Of a DNA stretch of 64,000 nt, positions 12,333-26,468 are shown piece after piece (position 1 is the stretch's first letter; the number at the start of each line of letters is the position of its first letter). Source of the stretch: Neovahlkampfia damariscottae (taxonomy: Eukaryota); contig JABLTG010000027.1 in NCBI GenBank assembly GCA_016618085.1, positions 62,001 to 126,000 on the forward strand. Reading direction: 5' to 3'. The notes under the pieces were generated by a model, which ran no database searches, was not told the DNA's origin, and worked only from the letters and a program-made list of their open reading frames with translations. A program made the position numbers and the translations under genes.

Positions 12333-12416
12333 GTTGACAATTTCGGTTAAAAATGATTTTGATTGGACACTCTACCATTTCCAAAATAAAAAATTTATTT
12401 TACATTTTTTCAATTT

Positions 12417-15400
12417 TTATTTTTTTCCAAACATATTTCCAAACAATGTACCTGCTCTTTTTCCTGTTTTTTTATCATCTGCTTTTGAATCTCTTGAAGG
12501 GACATCAGATTTAACATCTGTTGTTGATGACCTGAGTGCATCTTGAGGTTTAAGAAATGATTTTGATAATCTTTTTTTAATATTACTTTTTGCACTGTCA
12601 CTCTTATCACTTGTTGGTCTTTGTGTTGGAGTAGTGTCATTTACTACTTTTTTATCTTCTGAAGGTGGTGGTCCAATATCTGTCATTGAATCAACTCTTT
12701 GAACAGATGGATCTCCTCCAATTGAATCTAATGTATTACTTGAATTCATTTTACTATTTGAAGAAACTGATTTCAATTCACTTTGATCTTTTGCAGGTGA
12801 TCCAACAATTGGTTGTGATTTTGATTCTAATTTTTTATCTTCTTCTTTTAAAGCTGCTTTTTCTTCATCTTCTTTTTTCTTTTTTTCAATTTCTTTGATT
12901 GCTTCATCATCTGAATCATATAAATCTTCTTCTGATAAAACGATTGAATCTTGATCAAGTGGATCTTCTAAAATTTGACCAATTTGATTTTGAAGTTGTG
13001 CAGCCATTTTATCTAAATGATCAACTAAACCAAGAGCTTTTCCAGATTGATATCTTCTCCAAACAACTAAAGCTTCTTTTAAAATTGAAACTTGATCTTT
13101 AAGTGCATTTTGAAATCTCTTTAAATCTTGTAATGTTTTTTCATCTGCATTTTTAATGAATTTCTTACTGAAGAATGCTTTAACATAATTTGTAATACCA
13201 CCATTAACAGCAGCATCAATTGTACCATTTAATAACATGGACATATGATTTGTATCTGGTTTTGATGGATTTTTTGAATCTTTTGTTTGTTCAGCAAGAT
13301 GTAATTTTTCATGTAAAGTATGACCAATTACAGCAGCTGTAATTTCTCTAACCTTATCTTCAATATCTCTTGTTGCATTTTGTAAAGGAGTTGATGTAAT
13401 ATCAATACCTTTTTGAATTCTTTGTCTTCTTTGAATATGTGGAAAATCATATTCAACACAAAAATAAGTTGTTTCTCTGAATAAATGTTTGTATTCATTC
13501 TTTGGTTTTTTACCATAAGTTTCTTTAAAAGTATTATATCTTCTTTCTTTTGTAAACATTTTAACTTTTGAACTTGTATCATAAGATGATATTTTTGGAT
13601 GAGTATTTCTATTCAAAACTGGATTTTCATTATTAAATTCAGAATCTGTTGCAGAGAAAACAGTATAAACATCTAAATATTGACCTTCTTTTTCATCCCA
13701 ATTTTCATTAATTTTTTTTGGATCAACTGATTTTGCATTTGGATATAATTTTAATAAACGATTTTTAAAATCAACATGATTTTCAAGAACAGCACCTCTA
13801 TAAATAAATTCACCTCTTTCTTCAGGTTTAAACTCTTTTCCATATTTTCCAACAAAGAAATAAGAAGGAAAGAATCTTTTTGATAAAAGAATTGATTTAA
13901 AGAAATCACCCATTCTTTGCATTAAAGTGCATAATTTTGTATAATCAAATGTAATAGTTTCATAATAATGTTGTAACTCTTTTGATAAAATTAATGCATG
14001 TTCCCAATCTTGACCTTTTTCAAAATAAGAAATAATTTGTGAAAATAATGTTTCTTTTCTTTCATGTTCAGGTTGTTCATCTAAAGAACCAAATTGTGGT
14101 AAAATCTTTTCTGATTCAAATGATAATTTTTCAGCATGTAAAAGTAAACAAAGTGCAGATTCAATATAATTATCAAATGTTAAATGAATTTCTGATAATT
14201 TATGTGCATAAGAAAGATATAATTCTTCATTATTATGTTTTTTAAAATAATTCATAACTCTAACACATGCATCTGTTTTTGTATCTTCATCATCATATGT
14301 TTCAACATCTTTAATATAATTCAATAATGATTTTAAACTTTTAATAATTTGATCACCTGCTTTATTTAAATGTTCATCTTTTTCAAATCTATCATGTAAT
14401 AATTCAATAAATTTTGCTGTTGTTTCTTGATCCATACCACATGTAACAATATTTCTTTGTGTTACACCTTCACATGAACTTAAACTTTGTTTTTCAATAT
14501 TTTCACGTTGTAAAACTAATAAGTATAAATCAATAATCAATGATATTATTTTATCATTTTTGATTAATGTCATTAATGGAATAATTGAATCAATAATTCT
14601 TGGTACAAAATCCATTTGATGTTTTTCCATTAATTTCCATGTATTAATTGTTAATTGTAATGATTTTGCTCTATAATCACCTCTTTTTTCAATAATTCTT
14701 AAATATTTTAAATAAGGCCATTCTTCTGATTGAAGTTCTTTTGATGAAACAAATGATAATTGTAATCTGAAGAATTCATTGAATACTTGATAATCAAAAT
14801 TATTTCCAAGTTTATTTTGTAAAATGTATTCAGAAATTTTAGAAAACATTTCATAAATAACATTTAAAACAAATCCTTGATATTGAATCCATTCATCTGT
14901 AATTGAACCAACATTATTAATTAAGATTTTTAAAAGTGTATAAATTGAAATCATTCCAATATCTTTAGATTCTGGAAGTGTTAAAATAATTTCTAACACT
15001 TCTTCATTAATCAAAACACAATATGCAACTGAACAAGCGACAATTTCACGTGACATTTTTAAATTAATGCCTAATGATTCTTTTAATTTTGAATCTACTT
15101 GTTTCTTTGATTGAAGTGTTTCAATTTCTTCAGAACATGCTTTATATGCTAAATTAAGATCTGGTACAAATGAAAAAACTTCAACAATTGAATGCATCAA
15201 ATTTTCATCAAGTCCATCTTTACTAACGTATGAATGAATTGTTGAAATTAAATCACCAATGACACCAACACAACCAAGACGTATTTTTTCCGTACTTGCA
15301 TCTGAACCACCTGATAAATGAAAAATAACTTCTTCAATAACTTTGGTAAGAACCAATGATCTTGTTTCATTTTTTTCTAATGGTTTTCCACGAGCAATAT

Positions 15401-18400
15401 TGTCTAAAATATTGATTTTACTTTCCATTAATCCTCTAACTGGGTTTTCATGAGTAGGTGTTGGAATAGCAGTGAGGAATTTTTCAATTTGAATTCCACA
15501 TTCAGTTGGTTCAAAAATATCTGTAAAATAATCAAATGAGTTTCCAAAGAACTTCAACAATTGAGCTTTAACTTTAAAATGAGCTGGTTTTGTTCCTCCA
15601 ATGATATAACACATACTATCATTAATTTCTTTCATTGATGTTTGAAATTCTTCTCTATCTTTTTGTAAATCTTCTGGTTTCATATCCATTTCATATTGTG
15701 ATCTTGAAGTAACAATAATATGTAAAATATGATGTAAACACTAAATAGGGTTAAGATAAATGATTTTTGTTACTTTCATAATATTACTCAAAATAGATTG
15801 AGGTGCTTCTCTTCCTTTATTGAGATATTCATTCAAGAGTTTTGTGAATGATTTCCAAGCTGATTTACTTTTCATTGTATTTTTAACATAATCATGAACA
15901 ACAGGTTTATAAGCAACTGTTCTACCAGCTTGAATTCCAACTAAAATATCAACCAATAATTCAAAACTATTTTTTGTTTAGAAACCCATAATTTTTTTTT
16001 TACATTTTTTTAGCAACCTCAGGATCATCTTTCTTTTCTAAAATTGAAAAAAGTGAATTGAAAATTTCTTTCAAAAAAGGAAAACGTTCAGATGGTTCTG
16101 AAGGATATTTTGAATATGAGTTTAAAATAGAAAGTACAGGTGTACTCATTTTATCCCAATCTATTAAATTCTTCAATTGTTCTTGTTGTGTTAAAACTGT
16201 TGAAACAACTTTTGATTTGATTTCTAAATTATTTTTAATTGATAATTTAATTTTTCTTTCTTCATCATTATCAAGTTCAACTATTTTCCATTCCATTCCT
16301 TTTTCATATTTATAAACTGGACATTTATATTCTTTAGCACTTAATAATAAATCATTCTCCATGAATTTTTGATATGAAATCGCAGAAGGTGCAAATGTTT
16401 TGAAATCTAAAAAATTTGTTATAAAAAAAAAACAGTTACTTTCAACTGTCATTTTGTTTGACATGTGATAAAATAAAAATACCAATGTAGCGTATGGAAG
16501 AATTGATGGATCAATAGTAAATCTAATTGTATCTCCAAAATATGGTTGAACAACGTGATGATGAACAGTTGATTCATAAAAATCATCAGCACTTTTACCA
16601 TCACCAGCTGCAGGAAAAATACAAGTTGGAAGAAAGTATGATGGTTTTATATTATTTCCATTTTCTGTAGGTTCATTTTCAACCAAAACTTTAACTTTAA
16701 CCATCAAATTACGTGAATAAGTATCTTTTTTAAAAAATCCTCCATCTGTAGCACCTTTTAATGAAACATCTTCCAATGTGATATAAATGTCATTTCTATA
16801 AAAAGATGGTTGAATAACTTCAGTGAAATTCTTTAATTGACAAGTTGTGACAATCCCAATTTTTGATATGACGTCTTCAAATTTATCTTCATATAAAGTA
16901 AAATCAAAATCAATTTGTGATGGAAATTTCTCTTGGTCTACTGGATAATTTGGTAATTCTTGAAGTCCAACTGATTTTCTTAATTCAATTTTATATAAAT
17001 CAAGTAATGCTTAAAAGTTTTTAAAGTCTTTTAAACTTTTCTTACTTTGTGGAAGTTTATAAAAAGTAGATTCATCTTTGCATCCATAAACTTGCATTTT
17101 ACCATCAATAGTTGAACCTTGTTCTAAACTACCAACAACAGCAGCAGAAAGTTCATATAACCCAACACCAATTGGTCTTTTTGTTGGAAATGGTTCGTCT
17201 TCTTTCGTTTTTTTGCTCTTTTTTTCTTGTACCATTTTACCAATTCTATATATCCTACATAAAAGGTATAATGATTCTTGATAATCTTTCTTTTCCAAAT
17301 CCTAGTGAAAAGTTAAGTTAAAAAAAAAAAAAAACTCTAAAGAGAGCTGAAGCTTTTTTAGCCAAAGATTCATTTGCTCCTAAAAGTACTTCATAACATT
17401 CTGAAACATCTTCTTTTTTATTTTCACTGTATAAAGAAAATAGCAACAAAACTGGATCATCAAGCTATAAAAACAGTTAAGAAAAAAAACAACGAACTTT
17501 CGCTTCAATTTTTTGGAGTTCAAGCAATAAATGTGTTTCTGATTCAAATGAAAGTGCAGAGAAATCTTCAACCTTAAGGTTGGCATCAGATTCTTGACCT
17601 TCTTTTCTGTGTAAAAATTTAAAATCTAAATCCATCGGGTTTCTGAATCGACCAAGACCTCCTCTTCCTCTATCACCTGATTTTGCATCATTGGTTTTAT
17701 TTTGAGCTTTTTTTTTATTTTTTTGATCTTTCACATTCTTTTCTTGTTGTCTATTTTCAAACTTTGAAAAAAAACCGTTAATTTTTTATAATGAATTAAC
17801 AAACCATTTTATAAAGGTCAAATGGTTTTGTATTAGTTTCATCTACTCTTTCTTTTGTTTTTGATTTATAAACAAGTAATTCAGAACCAATTAGATTACT
17901 TCCTTCATCAATGAGTTTATCAATAACACCTTGTTTCATTTCAGGTTTTGAAACTTCTTTTATCATATTTTCAATAATATCAACTAAACGATAAAAAACA
18001 TCTTCATCCTAAAAAATTGTTAAAAACACTTCTTTTTACGAATCTATCACTGTTCATAAAATAATATTTCACCCAATCTTGAACAACATTATAGCATTTA
18101 AATTTTTCATCTGAAGTCACTATGTCAGTCCAATAATTATTAAAATAAGTTTTAAAAGATTTTCTTTTAATTTTTTCTGCTAATTTTTTGACTAATTCTG
18201 CTCCACTCATTTGAACTTGTTTTTCATCTGATTTTGCTGTTTTTCGTTTTACTAATGGTAGTAATACTTCTGAACTGATAAATCCAGCTTGAAGTTTAAA
18301 TTTACTCGTAGTTTCTTTCTTTTCGATATGCGGCTGAGATTCTTTTTTGTGTTGTTGAATATCAGACATTGATGGAAAAATTGAACAACAATACCATCCA

Positions 18401-18606
18401 TTCTGTTCAGATTGAATCCATACTAAATCACCCTGTATTTTTTATATAAAAAATTTAATTTCTTGTTTTACTTGTTCAACACCAAGTATAAATTTTACTT
18501 CTTGTTCAGAAGGCTTTCTAGTGACTATTTATTGATTTTTTTATTCAGGAGTTTTTTTTTTTTTACCATAACCTAAACATAAAACGTCAGTCCACTCTTG
18601 AGACAT
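12417..18606 (-). CDS. DOCK-family Rho/Rac guanine nucleotide exchange factor (SH3-like, DHR1/C2, DHR2)
   Basis: N-terminal SH3-like GDLVWI...GWY; C2/DHR1 YESTVHHHVVQPYFGDTIR; DHR2 ESALCLLLHA, FEKGQDWEHA and LNGTIDAAVNGGITNY. About 10 short introns join the ORF pieces. Confidence 0.92.
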
Positions 18607-18907
18607 TGTTAAGTCTTAGTATCAGTTTGATTGGTTGATGATTTTGATTGGTTAAATAAAAGAATATTTTATTCTTCACTTCTTCATATTCTTCATGATT
18701 CTCATCCATATTGAGTGAATTCACAAATTTGTTCCTTCTTTTGAGTTTACTCCAAAAAAGACTGATTATTCCACCTTCCAAAGACAGAAAGTTCCAATTT
18801 CAGCAGAGCAGCATTTATTATTCGTTTACTTCTACAAAGGTTTGGGTTTTTTTAATTTTGTTCAGATGATTGGACAATAAAAGACCAATCCAACAAAACT
18901 AAAAAAA

Positions 18908-20911
18908 ATGGAAGAACATAAACTGTGGTTTTCCGTGATCAAAAGTTTCAATGAAAAAAATAATGAACTGTCAAATTATTTTTACAACAATGGAAACAAT
19001 AAAGAAGAATACTCTATCTTTTCAAAAGCAATAAAAAACGAAGAATCTTTCAAACAATTTTGGCAAGAAGAAAATTATAAACTATTCACAAATGATTTTC
19101 AATCCTTTAAAAAAGTCTTCTTCAATTTAAGAAAAATAATTTGCGACAAATTCATAACAGATCATGTTCTTTATGATCAACCTTTAAATCAAGAAAATTT
19201 ATATGAAATAGAAGAATTTCAAACATTGGAACTAGATGAACCACTTTTACAAAATACTGAAAATGAAATAGTTTTAACCACAGAAGAGATGAATTTAAAA
19301 TACAAAAAAGTAAAAAAAGAGTTTCTAACAATTTTTAGTTATTAGATTTGGTAAAAGTGGAACATGTAGTTATAAAAAAACCAGTTGAAAAAAAAGAAAA
19401 AATAATGATAGACCAAGATACCTTAAATGATTCATTTAAACAAGTATTGAGATTATTATCCGACCATGAATCAGCTTGGCCATTTCAACAACCTGTATCT
19501 TTAGAAGAAGCAGAAGATTATTATGATGTTATAAAAAACCCAATGGATTTCAAAACAATGAAAAGTAATATTCAAAAATCAAGGTGAGTCATTTTTTTAA
19601 AGGTTTAATTTTAAGATATCATTCAAAAGAAGAAATTGTTTCAGATTTGATTTTAATTTGGGAGAATTGTAAACAATTCAATGAGAGAGTTTTTTTTCTT
19701 TTTTTTTTTTTTCTAAACATTCTAGAAATCAATTTATTATAAATGTGCTGAAACTATGAATAGTTATATGGAATCTATATTGTATTTAATACCAGAACAA
19801 CCATTTAAAGAAATTATTGAAGAACAAGTTATTGAAATTAAACAAGATGTTGAAATGAAAGAACCTGATTTATCACCTGAAGAACAATTTAAATTAGAAA
19901 AAGAGTTTTGTGATAAAATTAAAGAAATTGATGAAAAAAAAAAAATTAAAAAAAATTTAGATTATTTCAACAGAGAAGACTATTGGAATTTAACAACAAA
20001 ATTAGAGAGAATTTATTTTATTGTAAGTGAATAATTCAATGAATTTTAATTGATTATAGAAAAAAAGAAACGAAGAAATGAAAAAACCATTTTCAGAAAG
20101 AGAAGCTTTGAAGAGAACTGGTGATGAAATGTCATTTTATTACTTTAAAAAGCATGGAATTGAATTAGATTTTGAAATTGAAAATGAAAATAAAATTGAA
20201 TACAAAATTAAAAAAGAAAAACCAATTTCATATCCAGAATATTTTAATTTAATGAATTTTATACCAGAAACAACTTTTGAAAAGAAAATTGATATTTTAA
20301 AAGAAAATGATGGTGGTATTAACTTTAACAAAATTTTGAAAAATGAACAAATTGAAATGATTGATGATGTAATTCATCATGAAGAAAATTTGAAATTCAA
20401 TCCACTTGGAGAAAATAATAAAATTAGTGAAAATGTTAAGAATTTATTTCATTTAAGAAAAAAACAAAAAAAAATTGATTTTTTACAAGATGAAAAAATT
20501 GAAAATGATTCATTGATTGTGCATGATGAATCATCTGCTTTGGAAATTATTAAAACAATAATTGGTTTATTTTTAGTTCATGAAGGTTATGAATTTACAG
20601 ATGAAAGTGCAATTGATTTATTTACTGAAATAGTGAATGAATACTTTAAAAAATTCACCAAAAATTTAAATACTTTTTCATTGTTAAATACAAATCGTTC
20701 ATTTGGATTTCAAAGTTTAATGAAATGTTTTGGTCAAATTGGTATCAAGGATATAACAGAATTGAAAAAATTTAATGAAGAAAAAGTTGAATCAACAAAA
20801 AGAAGATTAAAGAAAGTTGAATTAGTTTTAGATCATAAGGAGAATGAATCTAAAATTAAAATTGAATCTGATGAATTACCTGATAAGAAGAAAAGAAAAT
20901 TAGATGAATAA
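18908..20911 (+). CDS. Bromodomain plus histone-fold protein, SAGA Spt7-like
   Basis: Bromodomain SAWPFQQPV..AEDYYDVIKNPMDF...LIWENCKQFN and a C-terminal bromo-associated histone fold HEGYEFTDESAIDLFTEI. 4 introns. Confidence 0.72.
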
Positions 20912-21009
20912 ATTTTTTTTTAAATGTGAAATTGTAAATTTAATTTTGGTTTGGTAAATTTAACCAATTAAACTACAATTTATTTTCATTGGAGGACCAA
21001 TTCTAAATC

Positions 21010-24000
21010 ATGGTTGTGTCAATAGAACAAGAGAAAAAGGTAAAAGGTTTTAAATTAAAAAATGTAGATTTATAAAAATTGGGTGAATTGGCATTTGAAA
21101 AAAAACAGCTTTCCAGAAATTGAGAGTATTACCACTGGATTCAGAACTGGAATAAATTTGGCAAATTTAATTAAATGTCTATCTACAAATTATCATCCAA
21201 AAGAAATAAAAGATAAAGAAACAGATTTTCAATCAAAATTCAACATTAACATTTCATTTGAGTACCTGGTGGTATTTATTAAAAACTTTTACTGATAATT
21301 TTGAATAGAAAACTTTGAATATTAATTTTGGAACAATTTCTGCAAGTTCTATTTTTGATGGTGAAGAAAAATTAACACTTGGTTTTGTCAAAACTTTAAT
21401 CCGTTATTTTCAACTTGAAGACAAAAGATATATTTTTACAAAGAACTCAAATGAAGAAATGAAAACTGTTTTAAATAAAACATTAAAAGAAGTTCCATTT
21501 GATATTGAAGTCAAAGATTTTAAAACATGGTAAAAACTTTGATACTAAAAATACTAAATTCAAAAGTTTCAATGATGGTTTGATGTTGAACGGAATTATA
21601 GCTTCAATAAGACCACATATATTAAACATGAATAAGTTGGATAAAAGTGATCCATTGAAATTAAATCAAAGTGCAATTCAACTTGCAGAAAAACATTTAC
21701 AAGTTCCAGCCTTTGTTGAAGCAGAAGATTTGATGAATGAACCTGATGAATTTTTAGTTTTAAGTTATCTTTCATATTTTAGAAATGCTATTTTTTTGAA
21801 ATCCTTTTTTCAAACTTGGGCAGTAAAAAAAAAAAATTTTTTTATTTTTTTTTAGATGAATCAAAAACATAAAATTCCACAATTTATAAAACCAAAAGAA
21901 AAAGAAAATGAAAATGAAACTTCAAAGAGATTATGGACTTCATTAGTTTGTTCTTTTTTAGTTTTAATTTTATTGGTAGAAAATTTGGATTTTACAACCT
22001 GACAAAGATTTATTTTCAAAATTTGTCAAACAATCAAAAGAATCATTCAATTTGGAAACAAAGAATAAAACTCTTGAAAATGAAGTATCGGATTTGGAAG
22101 ATAAATTGAAAGAAACACCAAAAGACAACAGTTCAGACCTTGAAAAATTAAGAACAGAACTAGATAACGCTGATGAAGAATATAATGAATTATTAAAAGA
22201 TTTCAAAACAAATGAAACTAAATTCAAAAGCAAAAATGATGAATTGAAGAAAGAAATTGAAAGTTTGAAAGTCACAGTGAATGAAGCTGGAAAAGAGAAA
22301 GTAGAAGAATTGGAAAATCAAATTAAACAATTACAAGAAAATATCACAAAAAAAGATTCTGAAACTCAATTAGAAAAAGAAAAATTAGAACAAGAAATTT
22401 CTATATTGAGACAAGAAAATGAAAAACTTGAATTGAAAGACAGTCAAATTAAAAGTTTAAATGAACAATTATCGACATTACAAAGTCAACCAAATGAAGA
22501 ATTGGAAAAATCATTTAATGAATTAAAAACAAAAAACGAATCTTTAGAAAATGAAGCAGTTGGATTGAAAGATGAAATTCAAACATTAAATGAAGAATTA
22601 AAGAGTTCAAAAAATGATGAATCATTAGAAAAATTACAAGAAGATAAGATAAATTTTATAAAACAACTTGAAGATTTAAGAGAAAATTTTCATAAAAAAA
22701 ATGTTGAATCACAAGAAAATGAAACAAAAATCAAAAAAATCACAGAGGATTTTGAACAATTAAAAACTGAAAAAGAGAAAGAAATTAATGAATTGACTGA
22801 AAAACATGAATCAAAAGTACAAAATTTGAATGAAAAAATTGAACAATTGGAATCTAATATCTCTGTACCAGAAAATAATTCAGAAAACTATGAAAAAGAG
22901 ATTCAAGAATTGAATCAAAAAATTCAAAGTTTAAAAGAAGAAAAAAAATCAACAATTGAAAATTTAAAGAAATTAGAAAATAATGCATCTTCATCAGAGG
23001 AACTCAAAAAAAAGATAAATGAATTAGAATCAAAAAATCAAGAAATAATTGATCAAAATAACAAATTAAAAGAAGATTCCTCTTCTAGAAATGAAGAAAA
23101 TGAAAAAATGAAAAATGAGTTGAATGACACTCAAGAAAGAATAAAAGAGTTAGAAGAAGAGGTCAATGAGTTAAAAGAAGAGGCTACAAAAACAGAAGAC
23201 GTAATAGCTGAAATTAAACAATCCAATGTTGAAGAGATTGGTAAATTGAAAGAAGAATTTGATTCAGTGATTACCCAATGGGAGGAAAAAGTTACTGAAT
23301 TGGAAGAAGATTCCTCTTCTAGAAATGAAGAAAATGACACTCAAGCAAGAATAAAAGAGTTAGAAGAAGAGGTCAATGAGTTAAAAGAAGAGGCTACAAA
23401 AACAGAAGACGTAATAGCTGAAATTAAACAATCCAATGTTGAAGAGATTGGTAAATTGAAAGAAGAATTTAATTCAGTGATTACCCAATGGGAGGAAAAA
23501 GTTGCTGAATTGGAAGAAGATAAAGATTCACTTGAAAGTGATCTTTTTGATTTAAAAAGCGAAGTTGTTGAAAAAAAAACGAAAATAGATGATTTGGAGA
23601 AAGAAATTTTAAATTTAAAAAATCAAATTGAAAATCAAACAAGTAGAGCTCTCAATAAAGACAAATTTGAAGATACAAAAATACAATTCAATCAAAAATT
23701 GAATGATGAATTTGAATCAAACAAAAAAGAAATTGAAAGAATTAGAAATATTAATGAATCATTGGAAAAAAAAATATCAATCCAAGAAGTGGAAATTAAA
23801 AAATTGTCAGAAATTAGACAAGCAGTCACCAGTCCATCCGAAATGAAAAAAGATGTTGTTGAAAAGGATGAATTTTCCAAAAGAATTGAGGTGATAGATT
23901 ACAAGAAAACAATTAGAAATCTCAATGCTCAAATTAATGAATTGACAGTTGAGAATCATTTTTTGGAAAAAACTATTTCTGAAAATTCAGAGCATTTCAA

Positions 24001-24258
24001 GCAAAAATTGGTCGAATCCCAGAATGAAATTAAAATTACAGAAAAAAAAAATGAACAAACTCGTCAAAATGCAGAGAGATTTAAATATAAATGTAAGTTG
24101 AAATTTTAGACTAACATTTCAAAGTGTCAGAATTGCATAAAGAATTTGATCGTGAAAAAGAAAAGTACCTATTTGGAAAATCCGGTCATATTTTTATTTT
24201 TGGTTCATTAATTGCACTTTTTGTTGCATTTTTTGCTGGTTATTTGACGAAAAAATAA
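21010..24258 (+). CDS. Tandem calponin-homology actin-binding domain, long coiled coil and C-terminal transmembrane helix (interaptin/nesprin-like architecture)
   Basis: CH1 KNWVNWHL...GINLANLIKCLS; CH2 DFKTCFNDGLMLNGII...AEKHLQVP..PDEFLVLSYLS; about 680 aa of heptad repeats; spliced tail HIFIFGSLIALFVAFFAGYLTKK*. Confidence 0.8.
23070..23521 (+). repeat. Recent in-frame tandem duplication (about 210-234 bp unit) inside the coiled coil
   Basis: 23123-23311 and 23333-23521 differ at only 3 positions that I could see. The second unit lacks 24 bp after tctagaaatgaagaaaatga. Confidence 0.9.
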
Positions 24259-24319
24259 AAAAATTGGTTTCTTCCAAAATTATTAAATTGGAAGCAAAAT
24301 TTCCTTTGACCAATCAAAC

Positions 24320-26313
24320 ATGTCCAAACAGTTCTCTGAGACAAACAAATTTAAACTAAAGATAAAGACGAATCCAGTGGCTACTCTCAAGTATCAAGGG
24401 TTTCCCATCAAAAAAATTTACTCAAAGGACAAAAGACTTGAAGTCGAACGACCACAACATTCAACAAATCAGAACGTTTACATTTATCGTTTCACACCAA
24501 AGAAAGAGAATCCAGAAGAAACAAAAGTAGAATTCTTTGATTTTGGGAAGTTTGGTGGTGAAAAAGATTCAAAATCAAGGTAAGAAAACGAAAAACAAAA
24601 CTTTGTTAGTTGAACTTGAATTGCTTGAAAACAAGTGACTATGCCAAACACTTGGATCCTTCACACTATAGTTATTATATAATATACCTAGAAAATGACG
24701 AAAGTATCAGTTCTGAACCATTCTACTTGGTCAGCAAATCAAATAAACAAAACATAGACCCAAGTGAAAATACCACTTTGATGAAAGATTTGGATGTTAT
24801 ATTCGAAGATAAAGATGAATTTAAGATGGATTTTATGGAGCTTTCTAAAAATATTCAAGATTTTAATGATGAAAATCAATCTTTGATCAAGAAAATTGCT
24901 GAGACAAAAGAAAAAATTGAATCGATATTCAGTCATAAACTTGAAAAAATGGAACAAATTGTAAAAGAAAATCGATTAGAAATGGTCAATTTGGTAGAAG
25001 AAAGGGATCAGTTGAAAATATTTTCAGATAATCAAAGAGACATCATTACCAGGACAAACCAAGAAGTAAATCAACTGACAGAATATATCAACAAAAAAGA
25101 GGTTGTTATTGAGGAATTTAGAGTGACACTACAGACAATGCAAAAAGAAAATGTTGCAAATGTTGAACAAATTCAAGAGACAATGGGAAAAGAAATTAAA
25201 CATTTACAAGAAACAAATGAAAAATTAGAGCTTTTAAGAAAGCACGATTACAAAGAAAATCAAAAAATAGAATCTGATTCAAAACAAAAAATGACCAACT
25301 TGAGAAATGCTCATGCTAAAGAGATGAAAGAAACAACTGAGAAATTCAAAGAATCCAGAACTACAGAATTGAAACAATTTACCAAACAAATCGATCAAAT
25401 GAATTATACAAATACCTGTCTTATGGATGAAATGGACAAAAGAAAAGAAATATTGAATCAACAGAATTCACAAATTAATCAATTGAATTTTCAATTGAAC
25501 TCTGTTCAACAGAAATTTTCTGGGTTCGAAAAAGATTATGAAGATAAAATTGATATATTAAATAAAGAAATTGAAAGAATTTCCAAGAAAAACAAACGAT
25601 ATGTAAATTTAATTGAAAAGAAAAATACCCAATTGGAAGATTCAACAAAACAGATTCGAAAATTAGAAATTAAAAAATCGTTGTTGTCAAGCAATTTCTT
25701 AATAAATAGTAGAATTTCTGAAATGACAATGAAAAATAAAATTAAAGACAAAGAAATTGAAACATCCAGTAAAAAGACAGAAGATGAACCTGATGTTTCT
25801 TTGGATGAATCTTCAACAAATGAAATAATTTCTGGGGAACAATTAGAGGATCAAGAAGAAAAGGAAGGAAAAATACAAGAATTAAAAGATGAAAATAAAG
25901 TTTTGCTCAAGAAGATCGAAACATTAGAAAATAATGCTTCTGAAGAAAAAAAACAAAACTGTCATAACATTTGCTTGATCAAAGGACAATTGGACATATT
26001 GAAATCACAAAAAATAGATTTAATTGATGATATTCAAAAAATGAAATATGAAAATGAAAACTTGAAATCAAAAGATACTGAGTCAAAAGAAAGGATGGAA
26101 AATATTATTGAAGAAATTGATGATTTAAATGAAAAATATGAGAAATTGAAAATTGAAAGTAAGTTTAAATTTGTTTTCTGATGATTCCAAGATGATTCAT
26201 TATTGGAAAAAACTGTACTTTCAGAAAATAATGGCACATACTATTTCATCTTTAAGTTGACTATTCTATTTATTGGTTTGTTTTCAACTGGCTTTGTTTT
26301 GATGAATAAATAA
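24320..26313 (+). CDS. Uncharacterised protein: N-terminal beta-rich domain, long coiled coil and C-terminal transmembrane helix
   Basis: Two long ORFs plus a spliced hydrophobic tail YYFIFKLTILFIGLFSTGFVLMNK*. The phase of the first intron (about 24580-24609) is inconsistent; see findings. Confidence 0.65.
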
Positions 26314-26468
26314 CTCTTTTGGGAATGATTGTATTTTAAAATTGAAAATACTGTTAGAATAAATATTTCTTAAATTCATTGACCAAAAAAGTGGAGTAAA
26401 TAAAAACGGAAAAATATCAGTAGCATTAGACCAATCATTTTCTTTAAATTTCTTGTCCTGCCAAAAAA

